A model generated the notes under the pieces. That model saw nothing but the letters and a program-made list of their open reading frames with translations, was not told the origin of the DNA and made no database searches. From Phocaeicola dorei (lineage in GTDB: Bacteria; Bacillota_I; Bacilli_A; RFN20; CAG-288), in NCBI GenBank assembly GCA_963622735.1, contig CAVFIT010000027.1, positions 1 through 51,411 on the forward strand: a DNA stretch of 51,411 nt, read 5' to 3'. Below are positions 25,623-34,343 of the stretch, piece by piece; the stretch's first letter is position 1, and each line of letters starts with the position of its first letter. A program made the position numbers and the translations under genes.

Positions 25623-26453
25623 GTGTCTAAACAGTCATTTAAAGCATTGGATCTATTAGTATTTTCATTATTAAGTGCGGGTAGTGAAGCTCTTATAATA
25701 TTCGGATTTAATAATATAGGAAAATATGATGGGTACATTGTTTCATTTACCGTAGTACTTAGTTTAATATCTATCTATCGTTGGAATGTACTTGGGATAA
25801 TTCCTGGAATAGTAGGTGGGGCAACATCAATTTGTATGTCTCTAACTAAAGATATTTCATTAGGATACATATTAGCTAACACACTCTCCTATTTTTTCTT
25901 ATTATTTGTTCTTATTTGGTTTAAGAAAAATGATAAAAAGAAAATGCTAAGTGATTCATTGAAGATGATAGGCTATTACCTAAGCGGATACTTGTTGTTC
26001 GAGATAGGTAAATGCATATGCTTTGTAGTTGGTACACCTAATGTGGCTAACTTAGGTAAAGTTCTTATTACTTATGTAGTATGGGATTTACTTAATATCT
26101 TAGTTGGTGGAGCAGTGTTCTATATAGCTTGTAAGCAAAAAACAATTGTTTACGATATGAATCAATATCTAATTGAGCAACATAGTGGAACGCCTACTTC
26201 AAGAATTAGAGATGATGTTAGCAATTATTCTAAATTAGAAGAAATGGCTGAAGCTGATGATGTAAGTGATATTGCATTATTAGATGGAGGTACTCTTTCA
26301 GAAAGTGATTTAAAACTTATGAATGAGACATTTAGAAAACAGACAGGAGCTTCTAATAGATATGTGGAAGAGCAAAAAGCTAAACAAGCATATCAAAAAC
26401 AAAAAGACTTAAAAAAGTCAGATAAGGAAAATGGAGGTCGACAAGATGATTAA
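25623..26453 (+). CDS. Uncharacterised membrane protein of about 6 TM with a roughly 90-aa charged/acidic C-terminal tail; first gene of the ABC operon
   Basis: GTG start (uncertain, RBS spacing poor); six hydrophobic segments; tail EEMAEADDVSDIALLDGGTLSESDL...KQKDLKKSDKENGG. Confidence 0.65.
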   Translation: MSKQSFKALDLLVFSLLSAGSEALIIFGFNNIGKYDGYIVSFTVVLSLISIYRWNVLGIIPGIVGGATSICMSLTKDISLGYILANTLSYFFLLFVLIWFKKNDKKKMLSDSLKMIGYYLSGYLLFEIGKCICFVVGTPNVANLGKVLITYVVWDLLNILVGGAVFYIACKQKTIVYDMNQYLIEQHSGTPTSRIRDDVSNYSKLEEMAEADDVSDIALLDGGTLSESDLKLMNETFRKQTGASNRYVEEQKAKQAYQKQKDLKKSDKENGGRQDD

Positions 26454-27453
26454 AGCAAGTGATGCAGAAATTGAAAATCTAGAGAGAACCTATTGGTCTA
26501 GAAAATGGAAGTCAATAGCAGGCGATTGGCGTTTATATGCAATGCTTGTGCCATTATTCTTCTTCCTTATTTGTTGGAAATATTCACCAATTGGAACAAT
26601 GATTATGTCATTTAAAAACTATAATCCTTCTGATCAGGCTTATGGTTCTAACTGGATCGGTGTTTATTGGTTTAGTGAATTGATGTTTGGTAGTATGTCT
26701 ACTGAATTCTGGAGAGCTTTTAGAAACACATTTACATTATCATTTTATGGTATGATATTTGGTTTCCCATTCCCAATCATTTTAGCCTTAATGTTCTCAG
26801 AAATTAAATGTACAGGTTATAGAGCAGTTGCTCAAGTCTTATGTTACTTACCTAAGTTTGTTTCAACAGTTGTTATTACTTCTTTAACAGTATTATTATT
26901 ACAACAACAAGTTAAAGATTCTTCTGGTAATGTATTACAACATCCAGGTCCTATTGCCCAAATCTTCGTTTCTATTACTGGTAATGAAAATTTAGCTATT
27001 ATGAGAGATCCAAGATGCTTTAGAGCAGTTTATCAAGTTACTGGTATTTGGGAAGCTGCTGGTTATGGTTCTATTGTTTACTTTGCTGCTATTTTAGGTA
27101 TTTCACCTACAAGTTATGAAGCTGCAAGAATCGATGGCGCTACAAAAGGTCAACAAGTTAGATATGTTACTTTACCTGGTATCACTTCAACATTAGTTAT
27201 TATGTTAATTCTTGAAATTGGTAAGTTATTAACTATTGGTTATGAAAAAGTTATCTTATTAGAAGGTACAACTCAAGACTTATACGAAACTGCTGAAACA
27301 ATTTCAACATATGTATGGCATTTACAACAAGGTTCTAGTGTTAATTTAGGTGCAGGTGCTGCTGCTGATATGTTTAACTCAGTTATTTCTATGTTACTTG
27401 TTATTGGTTCTAACCAAATTGCAAAGAAAGTCTCTAAGACTTCATTATATTAA
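26446..27453 (+). CDS. Sugar ABC transporter permease, LplB/YteP-like
   Basis: ORF-track 26431 trimmed to the ATG 8 nt after GGAGG; EAA loop YEAARIDGATKGQQVRYVTLP. Confidence 0.9.
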   Translation: MIKASDAEIENLERTYWSRKWKSIAGDWRLYAMLVPLFFFLICWKYSPIGTMIMSFKNYNPSDQAYGSNWIGVYWFSELMFGSMSTEFWRAFRNTFTLSFYGMIFGFPFPIILALMFSEIKCTGYRAVAQVLCYLPKFVSTVVITSLTVLLLQQQVKDSSGNVLQHPGPIAQIFVSITGNENLAIMRDPRCFRAVYQVTGIWEAAGYGSIVYFAAILGISPTSYEAARIDGATKGQQVRYVTLPGITSTLVIMLILEIGKLLTIGYEKVILLEGTTQDLYETAETISTYVWHLQQGSSVNLGAGAAADMFNSVISMLLVIGSNQIAKKVSKTSLY

Positions 27454-27474
27454 TAGAAAGGGAGGCTTAAATTT

Positions 27475-28422
27475 ATGCAAAATACAAACGCACAAGTAGA
27501 AGATAAGAAAAAATATAAAGCCAAGAAAGATGGCTTTGGAAGAATGACAGGAAGTGAAATCGGATTTAAGATATTTGCTTATGTCTTTGTTACAATCTTC
27601 GCATTAATTTGTTTATATCCTTTCGTATATGCTATCTCTGCTGCATTATCAGGAATTGATGCATTCGAAGGTGGTAGAGTTATTTTATGGCCAGTTGATG
27701 TTCAAGGTGAAGCATTCTTAGATGTTTTTAAAACAACAGGCTTCTGGTTAGCTTATACAAACACCTTATTCTTAACCTTATTTGGTACAATTTGGTGTAT
27801 GTTTATTGGTATCTTAGGTGGTTATGCATTATCTAAGAAAAGATTATTCGGTCATAAGTTCTTCAACTTCGCATTAGTTTTCACAATGTGGTTTACAGCT
27901 GGTATGATTCCTACATACTTAAACTTCAAGGGCACACAAGATGTTTTCAAAGCTGTAGGTATCATTGATGAAAAATGGATGGTTGTTATAGCTATGGGTA
28001 TGTCAGCTTATAACATTATCTTATTAAGAAATGCTTTCGAAAGTGTTCCAAAAGAAATTGAAGAAGCTGCTATTGTTGATGGTGCTAATGAATTCCAATT
28101 AGTTTCTAAAATTTATACACCAATGTCTAAAGCTACAATAGCTACAGTTGCATTATTCTTTGGTATCTCAAGATGGAATGGTTACTTCTGGGCAAAACAA
28201 ATGTTAACTACTACAGATGCTCCATTACAAGTCTTTATTAGATCAACACTTGATCAATATCAAACAGATACAGAAATTGCATCTTCTTGGTCTAAAATAT
28301 ATGCACCTAACTCATTTATCTATGCAATGATTGTTTGTGCTATTATTCCTATTATTATTATTTACCCATTTATTCAAAAATACTTTGCCGCAGGTGTTAA
28401 CCTTGGTGGTGTTAAAGAATAA
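27475..28422 (+). CDS. Sugar ABC transporter permease, LplC/YtcP-like
   Basis: EAA loop EEAAIVDGANEFQLVSKIYTP; 6 TM. Confidence 0.9.
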   Translation: MQNTNAQVEDKKKYKAKKDGFGRMTGSEIGFKIFAYVFVTIFALICLYPFVYAISAALSGIDAFEGGRVILWPVDVQGEAFLDVFKTTGFWLAYTNTLFLTLFGTIWCMFIGILGGYALSKKRLFGHKFFNFALVFTMWFTAGMIPTYLNFKGTQDVFKAVGIIDEKWMVVIAMGMSAYNIILLRNAFESVPKEIEEAAIVDGANEFQLVSKIYTPMSKATIATVALFFGISRWNGYFWAKQMLTTTDAPLQVFIRSTLDQYQTDTEIASSWSKIYAPNSFIYAMIVCAIIPIIIIYPFIQKYFAAGVNLGGVKE

Positions 28423-28502
28423 TTTATTAAATTTGATTTAAATCTATTTGACACTTAGATTTAAAATATAAAACTGCTTTATTGAAAGGAGATTAATTAA
28501 AA

Positions 28503-30758
28503 ATGAAAATCAAAAAAAGCATGTTCGCATTACTTGCAACTGGTTTACTTGCAGTAACTAGCTGTAATAATACAAATTCTGGTAGTTCTTCAACTAGTAG
28601 TGCTAGATCTTTACCTAGTGGTGATGGCGAAACAATTAATATGTCAGTCATGTATCAAAAATCTGGTACAAGAATGAGCTATGCTAGTGATGATGAAGAT
28701 AATAAAGTCTTCAAAGATTTTAGACAAGATGGAAAATCTGCAGAAGATGGTTATTCAGATGATTCTAATGGATACACCCATAATGGTAAAACTTATCATA
28801 AAGGTGATTTAAAACCAGTTTGGAAAGCTGTTCAAGATAAATTAAACTTCAAAATTGGTGATAAAACTCCTACTTCTTCAACAAAAATTGCGGATGCATT
28901 TAGTTTATTACAAACAAATGCCTTTGCTGATGTAAACATCGCTCAAGGTTCTGCTTCTTCAATTGTTGATGAAGGTACAACAAAAAATACAATTCTTGAT
29001 TTAAATGAATATCTTGATTTAATGCCTAATTTCAGATCATTCTTAGAATCTAACCCTGCTATCAAAAATATGATTTCTGATGCTAATGGTAAAATCTATT
29101 ATGCTCCTTACTTTGATGGTATGGATGATATAGAAAGAACATTATTAGTTAGAGTTGATTGGGTACAAACATTATTAGATGGCGATTTACCTACTGATGG
29201 TAAAACATTAGATAATTTAGGTGCATATACTCCTTTCTATCCTGAATCTGAAACTAAAACAGTAGAAGTTGTTAAAGCTGATGGAACTGGTAAAACAACT
29301 ATCACAAAGAAAAAGACTAAGAATATTATTACAATTCAAAATAGTTTAGCCACAAAATCTGGTAAAGAATTAGTTAAAGCATTAAGAGATTATATTGATT
29401 CAACATACGCTGGTGTTTATACAAAGAGATCTGATTTATTCTGTGGACAAAATGCTGCTTATGATGTTGATGAATTAATTGCTTTATTTAGATGCGTTAA
29501 GGCTTGTAGTGCTACATTAACAGGTGAAGCCGATAAAGATATTTATCCTTTATTCCCTAGAGATGAAACAAATGATAGAACAGCTGACTTATGGAGATTT
29601 ACACAATTCTTCGGTGTAAGAGGTGGTGAATCTAGAAGTGGCTACTTATACATTGATAGCGAAGGTAAAATTAAAGATGCAAGAGGCCAAGCTGATATGG
29701 CTAATGCAGTTGAAAAATTAAATCAAATGTATAAAGAAGGTTTAATTTTAAAGAACTTTGATAGTAGAACTTCTGCTGGTCTTGATAATTCTGAATTCAG
29801 AAAACAATTATTACAAGGTAAGAAGATGTATGGTTTTGCTACATATGATTATGTACAAACATCAGTTGTCTTCAATGATGATGATTCTATTAATAGTCAA
29901 AATGACGGTAAATTCTTATTTGCACCTATTATGCCTGCTACAGCAAAATGGAATGGATCTGATAATTACTCATTCTTTACTGAATCATGGAGAAGTGTTA
30001 AGACAGAAGGTTGGTTTATCACAGCTGCTACAGCAAATGATGAAAAGAAATTATCTAAGTGCTTACAAATCTTTGATTACTTCTATTCAACTGAAGGTAA
30101 CAGATTAATGTCTTATGGACCTGATGAATATTTAGCACACGATGCAAATAACAATATTAAATATATTAACTATCAAGGAAAACAAGTCCCTCAATTATCT
30201 GATGAAACATTACAAGAAATAAAAGTTAAAGCAGCTGGTAACTATACTAACTACTATCGTTATTGGATTGGTGCTACATATCCAGTTGGTTATGTTAAAG
30301 AACAAGGTATGGAATATCAAACAGTTTCTACTCATAAAAATACTGATGGTGTTTCTGCTAGAGATTATTTAGATAGAATTAACAATGCTATTTCTACTGG
30401 TGTATTAAAGCATGTCAATTTTGCTACAGATAATGCAGATAAGTTCTATAACATTGTTCCTACAACATTCTCATTTAAAAAGAGTGAACAAACAGCCGTC
30501 AGCTCTAACTATACTGATTTAGATGGTTATATTAATAACACAAAAGGTAAGACAAATGCTTGGACAAAGATTGTTAAATCTGATACAGGATTTGCTGGCG
30601 CTGATGCTGATAAATTTACAACAAAAGATACTTATATAAAATATATTAACGAAACATTAAAATGTGATAGTTTAGTTGAAATTTATCAAAGAGCTTATGA
30701 TAGAATGGTTGGTAATACAACAACTACTGCCGCTATTATAGGTAAAGAAAATTACTAA
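28503..30758 (+). CDS. Extracellular solute-binding lipoprotein (LplA/YtcQ-like), unusually long at 751 aa
   Basis: Lipobox LLAVTSC|N, a Ser-rich linker, and operon position after the two permeases. Confidence 0.85.
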   Translation: MKIKKSMFALLATGLLAVTSCNNTNSGSSSTSSARSLPSGDGETINMSVMYQKSGTRMSYASDDEDNKVFKDFRQDGKSAEDGYSDDSNGYTHNGKTYHKGDLKPVWKAVQDKLNFKIGDKTPTSSTKIADAFSLLQTNAFADVNIAQGSASSIVDEGTTKNTILDLNEYLDLMPNFRSFLESNPAIKNMISDANGKIYYAPYFDGMDDIERTLLVRVDWVQTLLDGDLPTDGKTLDNLGAYTPFYPESETKTVEVVKADGTGKTTITKKKTKNIITIQNSLATKSGKELVKALRDYIDSTYAGVYTKRSDLFCGQNAAYDVDELIALFRCVKACSATLTGEADKDIYPLFPRDETNDRTADLWRFTQFFGVRGGESRSGYLYIDSEGKIKDARGQADMANAVEKLNQMYKEGLILKNFDSRTSAGLDNSEFRKQLLQGKKMYGFATYDYVQTSVVFNDDDSINSQNDGKFLFAPIMPATAKWNGSDNYSFFTESWRSVKTEGWFITAATANDEKKLSKCLQIFDYFYSTEGNRLMSYGPDEYLAHDANNNIKYINYQGKQVPQLSDETLQEIKVKAAGNYTNYYRYWIGATYPVGYVKEQGMEYQTVSTHKNTDGVSARDYLDRINNAISTGVLKHVNFATDNADKFYNIVPTTFSFKKSEQTAVSSNYTDLDGYINNTKGKTNAWTKIVKSDTGFAGADADKFTTKDTYIKYINETLKCDSLVEIYQRAYDRMVGNTTTTAAIIGKENY

Positions 30759-30766
30759 AAACTTAT

Positions 30767-30794
30767 GTTAGAAGGGAGAAATCTCCCTTCTAAC
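30767..30794 (+). terminator. Perfect 13-bp stem hairpin after the binding-protein gene (intra-operon attenuator / mRNA stabiliser)
   Basis: GTTAGAAGGGAGA (30767-30779) / TCTCCCTTCTAAC (30782-30794), followed by TTATATTT. Confidence 0.6.
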
Positions 30795-30826
30795 TTATAT
30801 TTAATAACAATAGAAAAGGAGAAGAT

Positions 30827-31453
30827 ATGGAAAACGTAACTAGCAATTCTTCACTTAAAGAAAATAAAATATTTAAAGATAGCCGCATTGCTAAAGTTCA
30901 AAAAATGATTTGGTGGGTAATGCTATTAGTGTTTGCTTTACTTTGTGTATATGCTTTAGTAATGTCTACACCTATTGCTAATTTAATGTTTGCTGATGAA
31001 GATGGTTTAGCAGATATGTTAAATTATATGAAACCATTAAATGATGCAATCATTTTATTAGGTATATTTGGTATATTATTTGCATTTGGATATAAACTTA
31101 CTAGATCTAATGTTAGAGGTAAATATTACATATCAAATTTTGTGTTCATGATTGCTCAATCAATTTACACATTAGTTGCAGGTGTTGTTTCCTTAATTAT
31201 TGTTATTAAATATCAATCTATGTACAATAATTTAAGATTTGAAGATATTAATGATGTTTTATATTTCACAAAGCCTGGTGTAGAAATGAAACCTAGTGAT
31301 ATTATTGGAATGGCTGCATTCGGTTATATCTTAGCAGTAGTTATTATATTAGTTACATTATTAAGTGTTTATGTTCTTGTTGGAAAATACTTAAAAGAAA
31401 AAAGTGAAGTTAAAAATATTGAAACTACAGCTGATGTAGAATTAGGAAAATAA
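30827..31453 (+). CDS. Uncharacterised 4-TM membrane protein (208 aa)
   Basis: AGGAG RBS; polar N-terminus, 2 TM, basic loop (KLTRSNVRGKYY), 2 TM, charged tail. Confidence 0.7.
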   Translation: MENVTSNSSLKENKIFKDSRIAKVQKMIWWVMLLVFALLCVYALVMSTPIANLMFADEDGLADMLNYMKPLNDAIILLGIFGILFAFGYKLTRSNVRGKYYISNFVFMIAQSIYTLVAGVVSLIIVIKYQSMYNNLRFEDINDVLYFTKPGVEMKPSDIIGMAAFGYILAVVIILVTLLSVYVLVGKYLKEKSEVKNIETTADVELGK

Positions 31454-31464
31454 GGAGATTACTT

Positions 31465-32058
31465 ATGGAAAAAGAAAATAAAACTAATGAATACATTGAT
31501 GTAGAAAATACTCCAACAAAAAAGAGATCATTCTTTAATAGAATTGGTACTAATATTCAAGCTTATTTCAAACCTACAGATGTTCAAAAAGATATTTTAA
31601 GATATAAATCAAACTCATTAGCTAGATCATTTTGCTTTATAGCTATTATATGTAACTGTTTAGCATTCTTATTTGTCTATTCTACAATGACTAAGGTTTC
31701 TTATTTAACTGGTATTGATATCGTATTTAACATTTTATTCATGTTATTTACATTCTTAACAGCTGAAAAAATCAAAGTTTATAATAAGAATTCTTCCTTT
31801 GCTGCTTTAGGATTAGGTTTATTAGAAATAACACATTATTTCTGGTATATATTAATTATCTATACACAAGAAGGTTCTATTGAAGCTTGGGTTAACTATG
31901 CTGATTTAATTTTAATGATGGTATCTGGTGGCTTATTAATTGTTGCTGCTATTGCTAACTACTTTAGAAGTAGCATCCTTGAGAATTATTTAAATACTCT
32001 TGCTGAAACAGACGCTACAGCTAAATTAGATTTATTAAGTAAGAAAGGTGGTAAATAA
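31465..32058 (+). CDS. Uncharacterised 4-TM membrane protein (197 aa)
   Basis: AAGGAG RBS; same topology as the previous gene (basic loop EKIKVYNKNSS). Confidence 0.7.
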   Translation: MEKENKTNEYIDVENTPTKKRSFFNRIGTNIQAYFKPTDVQKDILRYKSNSLARSFCFIAIICNCLAFLFVYSTMTKVSYLTGIDIVFNILFMLFTFLTAEKIKVYNKNSSFAALGLGLLEITHYFWYILIIYTQEGSIEAWVNYADLILMMVSGGLLIVAAIANYFRSSILENYLNTLAETDATAKLDLLSKKGGK

Positions 32059-32061
32059 TAT

Positions 32062-33132
32062 ATGGCATCATTATCATTACAACATCTTCAAAAAGTTTAT
32101 GATAACGGCGTATTAGCTGTTGAAGACTTCAATCTTGAAGTTAAAGATGGAGAATTTATTGTCTTAGTTGGTCCTTCTGGATGTGGTAAATCTACTACAT
32201 TAAGAATGATTGCTGGCTTAGAAGGTATTACTTCTGGTAAATTCTACATTGGAGATAAAGACGTTACAAATAAAGCTAGTAAAGATAGAGATATCGCTAT
32301 GGTTTTCCAAAACTATGCTTTATATGGTAACATGTCAATTTATCAAAATATGGGTTTCTCTTTAATGTTAAGAAAAGAAGATCCTGAAATTATTCACCAA
32401 AAGGTTATGGCTGCTGCCAAAATCTTAGACTTATATGCTCAATTAAATAAAAAACCTGCAGCTTTATCTGGTGGTCAAAGACAAAGAGTTGCTATGGGTA
32501 GAGCTATTGTTAGAGATCCTAAAGTATTCTTATTTGATGAACCTTTATCAAATCTTGATGCTAAATTAAGATCTTCAATGAGACGTGAAATTAAATTATT
32601 ACACCATAGATTAGGTGCAACAATGTTATATGTTACTCATGACCAAACAGAAGCTTTAACACTTGCTGATAGAATCGTTGTTATGTCAATGGGTAAAGTC
32701 CAACAAATTGGTACTCCTAATGAAATCTATAACGATCCTAACAATATGTTTGTTGCTTCATTTATTGGTACACCTCCTACAAATTTCTTCCATGGACATG
32801 TCCAAGAAAATACATTTGTAAGTAAAGATGGTGAAATTGTATTTAATTTACCTAAAGGCTATTCTAAATTAGCTAATGTAAATGATTTAGTATTAGGTGT
32901 TAGACCTGAACATGTTCATCTTGGCGGAAATGTTAATTTCACAGTTGAATTAGTTGAACACTTAGGACCTTATTCATTAGTACATGGTAAATTAGATGGA
33001 ACTGATTGTGTATTTAAACTTAAAGGTTGGTTAGAATATGCAGTTGGAGAAGTAATTAAGATTGGCATTGATACAGAAAAAGTTTATTTCTTCGCTGATG
33101 AAGATGGACAACGTATTAGAAAGGATAACTAA
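32062..33132 (+). CDS. Sugar-type ABC transporter ATP-binding protein (MsmK/MalK-like)
   Basis: GPSGCGKST, LSGGQRQR and FLFDEPLSNLD; paralog of 15338..16501. Confidence 0.9.
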   Translation: MASLSLQHLQKVYDNGVLAVEDFNLEVKDGEFIVLVGPSGCGKSTTLRMIAGLEGITSGKFYIGDKDVTNKASKDRDIAMVFQNYALYGNMSIYQNMGFSLMLRKEDPEIIHQKVMAAAKILDLYAQLNKKPAALSGGQRQRVAMGRAIVRDPKVFLFDEPLSNLDAKLRSSMRREIKLLHHRLGATMLYVTHDQTEALTLADRIVVMSMGKVQQIGTPNEIYNDPNNMFVASFIGTPPTNFFHGHVQENTFVSKDGEIVFNLPKGYSKLANVNDLVLGVRPEHVHLGGNVNFTVELVEHLGPYSLVHGKLDGTDCVFKLKGWLEYAVGEVIKIGIDTEKVYFFADEDGQRIRKDN

Positions 33133-33134
33133 TT

Positions 33135-33782
33135 ATGGCAGAAAAAGATGAAAATATAATTTCTGAAGAAGTCAAAGTTGATTCTTCTAGTACAATTGAC
33201 CAAGCAAGTTATACTAAATCTGGATTTGAACTTTCATTAAATAGATCTTTAATTTCATTAAAAAATCATATTTATAAAGTTCCTATGTTAGTAACTATCT
33301 TAAGTACAATTTTCTTCTATTGTACAATCTTTATTAAGGTAAGAGCTATATTTGTTTTACCTAACAATAATGCAGTTACAGATTTCTATACAGCTATGTA
33401 TTCTACTAGTGGTATGTTATTCTTCTTTACAGCATTATTCTCAATATTATTTGTTGTAGCTTATATGAATGCTAATGGTAAACATGTCTCTAGTAAAAAG
33501 AAGTGGACAATGATGACTATTTATTATGTTATGGCTGCTGCTCAAATAGCATTAGATGTAATGTTAATATTAACATTAAATAAATATATTTCTGATTATC
33601 CTGATATTGGTTATAAAGTTAATGATAGTGTTAATATGCAAGTTATGCCAGTTTCAGTTACATGGTCTTGGATTCATATTATTACATTATGTTTAGCAAT
33701 TGTTTTATCAATTTTAGCAATTGTTTTACAACCTGCATTTAAGAAAATTAAAGTTGATATTTCTTTTAAAAAGAAAATATAG
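33135..33782 (+). CDS. Uncharacterised 4-TM membrane protein (215 aa)
   Basis: Same topology class (polar N-terminus, 2 TM, basic loop NANGKHVSSKKKW, 2 TM). Confidence 0.7.
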   Translation: MAEKDENIISEEVKVDSSSTIDQASYTKSGFELSLNRSLISLKNHIYKVPMLVTILSTIFFYCTIFIKVRAIFVLPNNNAVTDFYTAMYSTSGMLFFFTALFSILFVVAYMNANGKHVSSKKKWTMMTIYYVMAAAQIALDVMLILTLNKYISDYPDIGYKVNDSVNMQVMPVSVTWSWIHIITLCLAIVLSILAIVLQPAFKKIKVDISFKKKI

Positions 33783-33800
33783 ATTAGAAAAATTAAATAA

Positions 33801-34343
33801 ATGAAAAATAAAGATAATAATTCTATTACTAATAATGAAACTAAACAAGAAGATAATATCTATAAAGTTTCTTTCTTAGGTAGAATACCTTACGTCATCA
33901 AAGCTTTATTTATAAAATATTGGTTCTTTGGCGCTGCTTATTTCTTTATTAATATGGGCCTAGGAACTTATATGAGTGATTCCTGGGCCTTAACTATTAT
34001 TAATGGATTATTTCTAGGTATATGCTATGATTTTCTAATATTTCCAATATTTAAAATAATGGATACATATAAAGAAGAATCTAGAAATCATGTTTTATTT
34101 AGAAATAGAAAATTCTATTCTGTAATAATTAATATTGCATATGGAGTAGTTCTAGCAGTAGTTACTTATACAATTTGTTCTTGCTTTACTTTGTTAATTG
34201 CTAAAGTTAGAGTTGGTACATGGTGGTTTAGAGAACCATTTAGTTATGCTTTAGTTAATCTTATAGTTGATAGTGCATTCTTATCAATTAAATATGGATT
34301 AGTATGTTTAATTAAAAAATTATTTAATAGGGAGACTTTATAA
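33801..34343 (+). CDS. Uncharacterised membrane protein (180 aa, about 4 TM)
   Basis: Hydrophobic segments; its stop overlaps the start of the GH28 gene. Confidence 0.65.
   Translation: MKNKDNNSITNNETKQEDNIYKVSFLGRIPYVIKALFIKYWFFGAAYFFINMGLGTYMSDSWALTIINGLFLGICYDFLIFPIFKIMDTYKEESRNHVLFRNRKFYSVIINIAYGVVLAVVTYTICSCFTLLIAKVRVGTWWFREPFSYALVNLIVDSAFLSIKYGLVCLIKKLFNRETL

Noticed and set aside
28430-28475. GATTTAAATC palindrome and TTGACA upstream of the binding-protein gene, considered as an internal promoter
   Set aside because: There is no acceptable -10 hexamer at 16-18 nt from the TTGACA.
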